A stretch of DNA of 64,000 nucleotides, taken from NCBI GenBank assembly GCA_965249485.1, contig OZ252239.1, forward strand, positions 3,264,001 to 3,328,000, read 5' to 3'. The notes under the pieces are model-generated. The model did not search any database. It was not told the origin of the DNA and saw nothing but the letters and a program-made list of their open reading frames with translations. The position numbers and the translations under genes were made by a program. Shown here piece after piece: positions 10,473 through 18,470 of this stretch. Source of the stretch: a bacterium. Lineage in GTDB: Bacteria > SM23-31. Each line of letters begins with the position of its first letter. Position 1 is the stretch's first letter.

Positions 10473-11726
10473 ATGGCAACTCCAGATGATATAAGAAAAC
10501 TAGTTGGTACTAATACTCAACAGGATAGGGCTTTAGTTGCTAACCCTCCGTCAGAGTTTAAACAATCTGTAGCTAATGCTCCTCAAGTAGGTTCAGATAC
10601 ACAGAGCCTTTTAAGTAGGATTAACGAAGGTTTGAAGAACAATCAAGGAGACTTCTCTGACATCTTTGCAGACTTAGCTCTAGCGTTTACATCTAGTAAT
10701 CCTCAGAGTGGGTTTGGAAAGTTGGCTCAACAGGCTAAGACAGGTTCTCAAGCCTTGTTGTTTAATGAGTTTATCAAATCCGGTGAAGCCTCTGATAGGT
10801 TAAGTCCAGAGCTTAGAACGGAAGGGACAAGGCTGAGACAAAATCAACAGCAGATTACATCTCAAGCAGACTTGACTAAAGCTAGAGTGGCTTCCCTCAG
10901 ACATGCTATTGACCAAGGGGATTTGAGTGACTCAGAGAAGTTTAGTAATCAATTAGAACTCCTACAACTTAATAATGATTTTAGTTTAGACCAGAAGTTT
11001 CAAACCTCAGAGCTTCAATTCAAAAACCAGTTGGCTCTTATAGATGCGGAATTTAAGAACAATGCCTCAGGAAGAGAGCTTGCTAGACAAAGGTTAGGCA
11101 TAGATGGATTAAGGTTTGTTATTCAATCTACTGCTTCTGCTTTCCAAGATGGTTTTCCTGTTGAAGGTTTTGCAGAGAAGTTTCAACAAGGAATAGATAC
11201 TCTTGTCAGAGCAGGGGTCTTCACAGAGGCAGAGTCGAAAGTCCTAAGACCTCAAGGAGCACTTACAGAGGATACAGGAGGAGCCTCTACTGATGACCAA
11301 GTTATGAGTCTTATCCAAGCGGCAGGAGGAGATGTAGACACCGATTCTTCTCGTCCCTCAGGAAAAAGTCTACCTCTAACTCAACCTACTCCTCAGATTA
11401 AATCTCTAGACACCTTAGCTAAAGCAAGAGGCGAGGAACTTCCTACAGAGAAAGAGTCTAAAGAACAGGAAGAAGCAAGGAAATCTTTTAATGTACAGCA
11501 GTTATCTGTAGTAAAGACCTTTGTAGAAAGCCTTAGTCAATTTGATAGGCTTACAAGAGAAGAGCAGTTGTTACTTTTGACTAACCCTCCAAGCGGGGCT
11601 GAGGTTACTAAAGGAATAAGTTTTCTTAAGACTTCTAAAGCCTTCACTGGAGTTTCTCAAGAAATAGCAGAGGAGTTTCTCGACCAACAGAGTAAGTTGA
11701 AAGTTAGTCTCGAAGGAATCAAATAA
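10473..11726 (+). CDS. Putative internal virion protein
   Basis: 417 aa Gln/Ser-rich helical protein between ejection genes. Confidence 0.55.
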   Translation: MATPDDIRKLVGTNTQQDRALVANPPSEFKQSVANAPQVGSDTQSLLSRINEGLKNNQGDFSDIFADLALAFTSSNPQSGFGKLAQQAKTGSQALLFNEFIKSGEASDRLSPELRTEGTRLRQNQQQITSQADLTKARVASLRHAIDQGDLSDSEKFSNQLELLQLNNDFSLDQKFQTSELQFKNQLALIDAEFKNNASGRELARQRLGIDGLRFVIQSTASAFQDGFPVEGFAEKFQQGIDTLVRAGVFTEAESKVLRPQGALTEDTGGASTDDQVMSLIQAAGGDVDTDSSRPSGKSLPLTQPTPQIKSLDTLAKARGEELPTEKESKEQEEARKSFNVQQLSVVKTFVESLSQFDRLTREEQLLLLTNPPSGAEVTKGISFLKTSKAFTGVSQEIAEEFLDQQSKLKVSLEGIK

Positions 11727-14700
11727 TGGCAGAACCTACTATACTGAATCCTCTCTCCCCTACTTGGGATGAAGTGACTAATTCCCCCGACTTTAGGAAC
11801 CAATCCTTTGAAGTTCAGAGGAAAGTAGCAGATGATTATTTTCTCCAGAACTTTGAGCAAAACACTCAATATCAGGTTCAGAGTCCAGAGGTTCAAGAGA
11901 GAGTTAAGCAAGACTTCTTCTCTAGAATCGGTGGAGATGATTCTGTTGGGGATCCTTTCTTTAGAGGTATCAGAAATGCGGCTCATGGTCTACTCAACAT
12001 AGGCAGGCTTGTTGGTTTAAAGGATGAAGTACAAGAGGCACAAAACTGGCTTGATACTTTCCCTCTAGATGAAGCAACAGGTAAGTTTGCAGAAAGTCCA
12101 CAGAACTTTTCAGAATACCTTACTGACCCTTTTAGGGCATATCAGGTCATAGGGGAAAACTTACCTCTTACTGGTGTGCTCTTAGGGGTAACGCTCACAG
12201 CTAGTCCTGCTGTTGCGTTAGGTGCTATCTTTGGAGTAGAAGGAGGAGCAGTTGCAGAGCAGATAAATGATTATGAAGAACAAAGAGGTAGTGAAATAGA
12301 CCCTACAATCAAGGCTACCGCTATAGTTGGAGTAGGGGCTATAAACTCCTATCTTGAGAGGATTGGTCTAGGTAAGATAGCTCAAGCAGGAAAGGGAGCG
12401 ATAGGAAAGAAAATTATAAACACCGTCATAAGTGCTAATGTGGAAGCCTTCACAGAAGCTATCCAGGAGGGAGTCTCCGAAGTTGGTGTAAGCCTTGCTA
12501 CAGAAGAGACTCTCCCTGACATAGGCACTCTCTATCAAAAGGCTAGAGATGCTTATGGAGCAGGGTTATTAGTCGGTGGAGTTGCTAACTCGGTCATAAC
12601 TGTTGCCTCTCCTGAGGAGGTCACTCAAAAGGTTGCAGAAGTTGAGGAGAAGATAGTTGCAGAAGGGAAGCCAAAACAGATACTAGAAGCTGAGGAAAAG
12701 GGAACTGTTACAGAACTCACAGATGCAGAGTTAGAGAAGATGGCTGAACTACAAGCTAGACAGGACTCAGGTGATACTCTTAATCTTGTTGAGGAGGATG
12801 AACTCAAAGACCTCCAAACCCAACAAGCGATTGTAGAAGAAGCCAAAGCGAAAGGTCAGCCTACTTTGAGGTCTCTCAAGTCCAAGGCTCAGGGTTTCGC
12901 TATTCCACTTACTCCAGAGGAGAATGCGGAGTTGAGGGAACTGCTTGATAAGGAAGAAAATACTCCAGAAGAAGAGGAAAAGATTCGAGAGCTTGTTGCA
13001 AAGTCCGATGAGTTTATCAAGGCTAAGAGACTAGGGAAGGAGACTCTTACGCCTGAGGAGGTTGAAGAAGCCGCAAAGGAACCTCTTGAGGAAGAAGAAG
13101 AGATTGATTTAGAAAAAGTCTCTAAAGAGAAACTCCCTGAGGTTCTATCCTTAGAAGATAGAAAGTCTCGTATTCGAGAAGCTTTGAAAGAAGAGTTTAG
13201 GGCTCGGAGAGAACGAGTTGACCTCAAGAAGATTGTTGAGGAAGGAGTGAAACTAGCTAAGAATCCTAATGAAATACAGCGTTTGATTGAGCGAGTAGCA
13301 AACAAGGAAGAGCTTACTCAAGTAGAGATTGCGGCTCTAGAGACTGTGACTGCTGAGAGAGTTGATGAGTTAGAGAAGATGCAACTTAGTGGTGCTACTG
13401 GAGAAGAGATTGCCACCTTTATGGCAAAGCAGGACAATGACTTCTTCCGGTCTACAGAACAGGCTAGTAAGTCTGGTCTGACTTTGAGATTGTTGAGAGA
13501 GTTTAGAGAAACTCAAGGGAAGAAAGCCGGACTCAGGAGACTCAAGAATGCACTTAGAAAAATAGAAAGAGCTTTGAACTCAAGAGAGCAAGCTGAGTTC
13601 AATGAGCTTATCAAGAATGAGGAGATGCTTCGTAACCCTGCTCAGGTAAGTCGGTTCATTCAAAGGTTAGGTAATCCTACCTTTCGAGATCTCTTCTATG
13701 AATATTGGTATAATAATATCTTGAGTGGTATCCCTACTCATGGAGTCAATGTAGTTAATAATACTTTCTGGAGTTTACTTTACCTCCCTTCTGAGAGACT
13801 TCTCAGGGGAGCTATTGATGCTACTATAAGTCAGGTTACAGGTAAGGATAGAACTATCTATGCACAGGAACTAATGCCTTTCTTGCTCGGAGTAAAGCAG
13901 GGCTTTAAACCTGGGGTAAAGGTGTTTAAAAGTGTTGTTGTAGGTAATAATATACCTGTTAATGAGACCACGAAGTTCTTTAGAGATATGGGAAGGTCAA
14001 CCTCTGGTGCTTTCTCAAGACTTGAATCTAAAGGTGCTCAGAGATTTGCTAAGTACCTCAACCTTCCTACTAACGCTCTCTTTGCTGTAGACCTCTGGTT
14101 TAAATCAATGCTCATTGATGGGTCGGTCAATGCTCAAAGTCGGAGAGCTTTCCTTCAAGCTTTAGCTAAAGGTGAGACCACTAGAGCAGAACAATCAAAG
14201 TTTGAGACCGACTTCCAGAAGAGTGCCAAGTCAAACGCAAACTCTCCTGAGATGCGTAAAGCTATTGCCCTAGCTCAAGAAGGAACCTTCATGGGTAAGG
14301 GTGGTAGACTTGTTCAAGGAGTTAATAACTTTCGGAAAAGTGTTCCAGAGAGTAGACTCCTCATTCCCTTTGTCAACACTCTTGGTGCTATTATGAAAGA
14401 AGGTTTCTCCTTCACTCCGATAGTGGGGACTAAGCTTCAAAAGCAGGCTCCCATAGATGCTAAGATAGCTAGACAGACGGTAGGCTTCGCTATTAGTGCT
14501 TCTGCTCTTTTAGCTCTGGCAGTAGGTGATATGACTGGTGCGGCTCCAGAAGATAAAGGAGAAAGAGAAGCATTCTTTAGAGCAGGCAAACTTCCTTGGA
14601 GTATTAAGATAGATGGTACTTGGTTCTCTTATAGGCGTGTAGAACCCTTTGGTACAATCTTAGGTGCTGTAGCTGTATTCTTTGATGGATTGAAGAACTT

Positions 14701-15382
14701 CACCGGAGATGAGGTCGAGGTCGGAAAGGAGTTTGACCGACTTATGGATAATACAGCAAACTTTGTCCTTTCAAACTCTTACTTCTCTGCTGTTGGAAGT
14801 ATCTTTGGTAGGTTTGGTGGTCTAGGACAATATACTGCTAATATGGTAGGGTCTCTTATACCTGCCTCAGGCTTCACTAGAACTGCTCAGAGAGGATTCG
14901 AAGCCCTTAGTGAGGGAGAAGTTCTTCTCAGAGAGCGAGGTCTGGTAGGAGCTATAGCTTCCACAATTCCCTCAGGGAATACCCTCCTAGAACCGGAGCT
15001 TGAAACCTTCGGAGAGTTAAAGAAACTCAAAGGTGGGGCACTTAGACAACTCCTTCCTTTCAAAGCTAGTAAAGAGGAACAAGATGCTAGTGAACAGGAG
15101 ATGCAGAGGCTTGAAATCTTTCCCCTCCTACCTTCTCAAAAGGTCACCTTCCAGAGACAACAGTTTGAACTCCCTGATGAGATTTATAGAGACTTCGCAA
15201 TAGCCTCAGGAGCAGAAGCGAAACAGAGAATAGATGAATTTGTAGCTAGTCCTTCGTATCAGAAGGCTCCTGACCTTCTTCGGAAGAAGAGGATTGAATC
15301 TTTGATAAGGCGTTCTCGTTCAAGACATCGGACACTTGCGATAAGACGGCTTCGCCTCGAAGGTGTTTCATTAGGAAGATAG
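11726..15382 (+). CDS. Large internal virion/ejection protein
   Basis: 1218 aa. C-terminal GKLPWSIKI..TWFSYRRVEPFG region is typical of large podovirus internal proteins. Confidence 0.65.
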   Translation: MAEPTILNPLSPTWDEVTNSPDFRNQSFEVQRKVADDYFLQNFEQNTQYQVQSPEVQERVKQDFFSRIGGDDSVGDPFFRGIRNAAHGLLNIGRLVGLKDEVQEAQNWLDTFPLDEATGKFAESPQNFSEYLTDPFRAYQVIGENLPLTGVLLGVTLTASPAVALGAIFGVEGGAVAEQINDYEEQRGSEIDPTIKATAIVGVGAINSYLERIGLGKIAQAGKGAIGKKIINTVISANVEAFTEAIQEGVSEVGVSLATEETLPDIGTLYQKARDAYGAGLLVGGVANSVITVASPEEVTQKVAEVEEKIVAEGKPKQILEAEEKGTVTELTDAELEKMAELQARQDSGDTLNLVEEDELKDLQTQQAIVEEAKAKGQPTLRSLKSKAQGFAIPLTPEENAELRELLDKEENTPEEEEKIRELVAKSDEFIKAKRLGKETLTPEEVEEAAKEPLEEEEEIDLEKVSKEKLPEVLSLEDRKSRIREALKEEFRARRERVDLKKIVEEGVKLAKNPNEIQRLIERVANKEELTQVEIAALETVTAERVDELEKMQLSGATGEEIATFMAKQDNDFFRSTEQASKSGLTLRLLREFRETQGKKAGLRRLKNALRKIERALNSREQAEFNELIKNEEMLRNPAQVSRFIQRLGNPTFRDLFYEYWYNNILSGIPTHGVNVVNNTFWSLLYLPSERLLRGAIDATISQVTGKDRTIYAQELMPFLLGVKQGFKPGVKVFKSVVVGNNIPVNETTKFFRDMGRSTSGAFSRLESKGAQRFAKYLNLPTNALFAVDLWFKSMLIDGSVNAQSRRAFLQALAKGETTRAEQSKFETDFQKSAKSNANSPEMRKAIALAQEGTFMGKGGRLVQGVNNFRKSVPESRLLIPFVNTLGAIMKEGFSFTPIVGTKLQKQAPIDAKIARQTVGFAISASALLALAVGDMTGAAPEDKGEREAFFRAGKLPWSIKIDGTWFSYRRVEPFGTILGAVAVFFDGLKNFTGDEVEVGKEFDRLMDNTANFVLSNSYFSAVGSIFGRFGGLGQYTANMVGSLIPASGFTRTAQRGFEALSEGEVLLRERGLVGAIASTIPSGNTLLEPELETFGELKKLKGGALRQLLPFKASKEEQDASEQEMQRLEIFPLLPSQKVTFQRQQFELPDEIYRDFAIASGAEAKQRIDEFVASPSYQKAPDLLRKKRIESLIRRSRSRHRTLAIRRLRLEGVSLGR

Positions 15383-15746
15383 CGATAAAGAGTCTCTCCT
15401 GTTTAGCAAACTCATAGGTCTCAACTTTGAGAATGTCACGAGTTATTACTGAGAGGTCTTGAGAAAACTCTTCAATGTCAGCATAACTTAGAAGGTGCAT
15501 TAGTTCTTCAATCCGGTCTACATAGAGTGCAAAGTCGGATTTCTTGTCTTGCTCCCCTTTATAGAAAGTACAAGTTAGTTTCTCCCCTGAGTGTTCTTTA
15601 ACACACAATAGCGTATGGAGTATACAGGCACAGTTAATTACATTCTGTACGTCAAGGTCAGATTGTCCTACCATCTTGTCTAATTGTTCCTCTAGAGCCT
15701 TCTGCTCTAAGGGAGTTAGCTTTTTTATTTTATCTTGAAGGGTCAT
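15246..15746 (-). CDS. Phage hypothetical protein with Cys/His cluster
   Basis: TAATG-coupled to the upstream gene; CACILH...CVKEH...C motif; overlaps the convergent + strand gene. Confidence 0.65.
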   Translation of the reverse strand: MTLQDKIKKLTPLEQKALEEQLDKMVGQSDLDVQNVINCACILHTLLCVKEHSGEKLTCTFYKGEQDKKSDFALYVDRIEELMHLLSYADIEEFSQDLSVITRDILKVETYEFAKQERLFIAIFLMKHLRGEAVLSQVSDVLNENALSKIQSSSSEEGQEPSDTKD

Positions 15747-16051
15747 TAGGGGTATTTCCTCCTATGTTCTTTTAGAGAATTTAATCCTGCTCCACCAAAT
15801 TCATATATACAGTCAAACCAATAGAGTTTCTTAATATACTTTCTTGGAACTACTAAGACATATCTCCATTGATTATCGTCTTCTTTATATTCTCCACCTA
15901 TTTTAAGAGCCTTCTTTGTAACCTCTATCAAAAAACCAGAGGAGTTTAGTGGAACATGGTCTCCAGAGTCAGACTCTTCATCAGGGAGAAATTTGTCCAT
16001 AAAGTAGGCATCTTCCCAGATGATTGACATTAAATATCTTGTCTTACTCAT
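15746..16051 (-). CDS. Phage hypothetical protein
   Basis: 101 aa; WEDA...S.GFL...vvPr..I pattern common in small phage proteins. Confidence 0.7.
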   Translation of the reverse strand: MSKTRYLMSIIWEDAYFMDKFLPDEESDSGDHVPLNSSGFLIEVTKKALKIGGEYKEDDNQWRYVLVVPRKYIKKLYWFDCIYEFGGAGLNSLKEHRRKYP

Positions 16052-17285
16052 CTATATCTTCTCCTATATATTCCAACTTAGCCTCTTGCTCCGTTTCCCC
16101 TGCTTGAGCCACCACTTGTATTCTTTTACCTTTCTGGAGGGAACTTAGGTACTCTTTTAAGTCCTTTCCAGAGACCTCGAACATAAACTTACGGTAAAAT
16201 TTCTCCATAGTAATGCCGGAGTTCATTTTGATGTAATGTTCAATAGTTGCCATAGCCTTAGCTCTAGGAGTCTCAGCATAGGTTTGGAAAGTGAGAGGCA
16301 TCTTACGTTCCGCTTGTTCTAAAATCCTTAAAGCTTTATGGAAATCTACTTCTCTAAGAACCATCTCAGAAGAACGTGACATAGAGAGTATCATCATTAG
16401 CTTGAAGAGATGAAACTGTCTCCGACCTAAGTAACCATCGAAGTAGTTAGTCTGTGTGAGTATATCAGGAGGATTCTTTCTCTGCTCCTCGTACCATTTA
16501 TTGTAGAGCTTTTCATTACTATTGGTACGTCTAAACTCACCTGTCTTGAGGAATATACTCTCTAAATCAATGAGGAGCTTCTCTCTTAAAAGTTCTGCCT
16601 CTCTGCTCTCTCTAGGGTCGGCAACTACATCCCCCTTATTCTCATAAATGAACATCATCCTAGAACTCAAACCTATATCAATACTTAATTGTGGGAAGAT
16701 TTCTCTTAAAGTCTTAGGAGTTATCCCACCTGCGAAGTTAAGGAAAGCTCCAGGGATATGATACTTCCCTGCTGTCTTTGTCTCCCACTCCCAATCCGGC
16801 TTACAGTCGAAGACATCAGTTAAGAGGGTAATCATATGAGGGTCATCAAAGCGAATGAACAAGGCTATCTCAGAGAAGAAGCCTGTGAGTGAGTTATGGT
16901 TCAAGAGGACTAACTCCTCTCCTTCCCCTTCTGCCTCCATCTTTCCTACCTCATCTAGTTTCTCTACAAGACGTTCCTTTGTAAGGCTTGCAGGAGCAAG
17001 AGGTACACCTACTTCCCTGAGGAAATACTCTCCATAACCTAGAGCAGTTGACTTTCGAGTCTTCCCTGAATCACCTACCAGAACTATGTAAAAGTTAGGG
17101 TAGATTTTCAACATAGGATTGAACTCGAAGAAGCATTCTCTCTGCATGGCTCCTGCTAGGACAGACACCCCTATCCAAAGTCGGTAGTTCTTAGGAGGTT
17201 CCTTGTTCACCATCTCTGTGTAGGCTAAGAAGGAGTCTAGCCAATCTTCTAAAAGTCTTTTTTCTGACAATTCTTTGACTCCCAT
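16044..17285 (-). CDS. DUF3987-like P-loop NTPase (putative replicative helicase)
   Basis: YPNFYIVLVGDSGKTRKSTA Walker A variant, FFSE Walker B region, GLSSR motif. Confidence 0.7.
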   Translation of the reverse strand: MGVKELSEKRLLEDWLDSFLAYTEMVNKEPPKNYRLWIGVSVLAGAMQRECFFEFNPMLKIYPNFYIVLVGDSGKTRKSTALGYGEYFLREVGVPLAPASLTKERLVEKLDEVGKMEAEGEGEELVLLNHNSLTGFFSEIALFIRFDDPHMITLLTDVFDCKPDWEWETKTAGKYHIPGAFLNFAGGITPKTLREIFPQLSIDIGLSSRMMFIYENKGDVVADPRESREAELLREKLLIDLESIFLKTGEFRRTNSNEKLYNKWYEEQRKNPPDILTQTNYFDGYLGRRQFHLFKLMMILSMSRSSEMVLREVDFHKALRILEQAERKMPLTFQTYAETPRAKAMATIEHYIKMNSGITMEKFYRKFMFEVSGKDLKEYLSSLQKGKRIQVVAQAGETEQEAKLEYIGEDIDE

Positions 17286-17569
17286 TCCAATAAGTCATAA
17301 ATTCTATATAGTGCGAAAATATGGTAATGCTTTAAACCACCTCTAAAGTCTCGTCTCCATCCCCTGTTCTGCTTAAAGAAGTCTGGCTCTTTCCTCCTTA
17401 TGAAATCTCTTATGGCTTGTCCTGTAATATAAACTTCTTGCTCCTTATATTTTAACATTAAGAAGTCTGCTAGGGCATCAGCAGACCTCAGGTAAAGGTA
17501 GTACTCTTTAAGTTTAGGTATTCCTATCTTAAGAAGAAGTACTCTTGTTTTCGACATGCGAAGGGGCAT
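17249..17569 (-). CDS. Phage hypothetical protein (possible DNA-binding)
   Basis: Basic 106 aa ORF overlapping its neighbours in the operon. Confidence 0.5.
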   Translation of the reverse strand: MPLRMSKTRVLLLKIGIPKLKEYYLYLRSADALADFLMLKYKEQEVYITGQAIRDFIRRKEPDFFKQNRGWRRDFRGGLKHYHIFALYRIYDLLEWESKNCQKKDF

Positions 17570-18236
17570 TGAGTAACTCCTGTAAAGCTTCTTCCCCTCT
17601 TTCTTCTAAGGGTCTTAAAGCTCCTGCTAGTATTGTACGGTCAAAATCGTATCGATCTAAATCGGTCTCAGAAGGATGGCAACGGTCTCTATCTAGAGAG
17701 ATTAGTTGGAAGCTACCATCAGGCATGTTGACTGTTCTAACAACTCTCCAGACTTCTCCTTTTAGGCTCTTAACCCACTCCGCTTCATTTTTATAGCGAC
17801 AGTCTGGAATAATAGTAAAGTCAGTAACATCTGTTCTAATCCCATCTAAGACCTTTTGAGTCCAGTAATAAGAGTCTTGTTCTCTACGGAAGCTCCCCCA
17901 CCATTGGAGAATGAAGGGGTCTTTGTCGGTCATACCCTCATAAGACTTTGATCTATGTTTCGATTCTCTCCACCAAGATATAAAAGGAGTACCCCATAAT
18001 TCTTTTGCCTCAATTATATCTTCTCCCCAAGGAGTCGTAAATACAAAAGAAGGAATGTCTCCTTTCTCTTTCTTATCATGTGCTATAATCACTAGATGCC
18101 TACACTCCTCATACAAGGCATCAGCGAAGCTTCTCTTTTTTACAGTATAGCCTTTCTTGATTAGAGAGATTCGGAGGAAGTCAGCAAGAGTGTCCTTACC
18201 TTGTCTTGCTTTGTGTCCTATTGCTATTATTTTCAT
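17529..18236 (-). CDS. Deoxynucleoside monophosphate kinase (T4 gp1-like)
   Basis: GHKARQGKDT P-loop, SFADAL, LQWWG, IIPDCRYKNEA and HPSET motifs. Confidence 0.85.
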   Translation of the reverse strand: MKIIAIGHKARQGKDTLADFLRISLIKKGYTVKKRSFADALYEECRHLVIIAHDKKEKGDIPSFVFTTPWGEDIIEAKELWGTPFISWWRESKHRSKSYEGMTDKDPFILQWWGSFRREQDSYYWTQKVLDGIRTDVTDFTIIPDCRYKNEAEWVKSLKGEVWRVVRTVNMPDGSFQLISLDRDRCHPSETDLDRYDFDRTILAGALRPLEERGEEALQELLNAPSHVENKSTSS

Positions 18237-18470
18237 TTAGAACTCCTCTCCTTCCTCTATAATCCTCAAAGTGTCTACTCTGACCTCAGCAGGAAATCTC
18301 CATAAGAGTCGGTCATTCACTTTGAAGTAATGATACTCTGCTCTCTCGTTCATAAGGGATAGTTTGTCCTCTATAGTACCTATTCTCTGATAAGAAAACT
18401 CTAACATAACTGTTTGTAGAATCATAACAGCTAGTATCACTATTAATAAAATAGCTCCTTGTTTATTCAT
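18237..18470 (-). CDS. Small membrane-anchored phage protein
   Basis: N-terminal hydrophobic helix; ATGA-coupled. Confidence 0.6.
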   Translation of the reverse strand: MNKQGAILLIVILAVMILQTVMLEFSYQRIGTIEDKLSLMNERAEYHYFKVNDRLLWRFPAEVRVDTLRIIEEGEEF

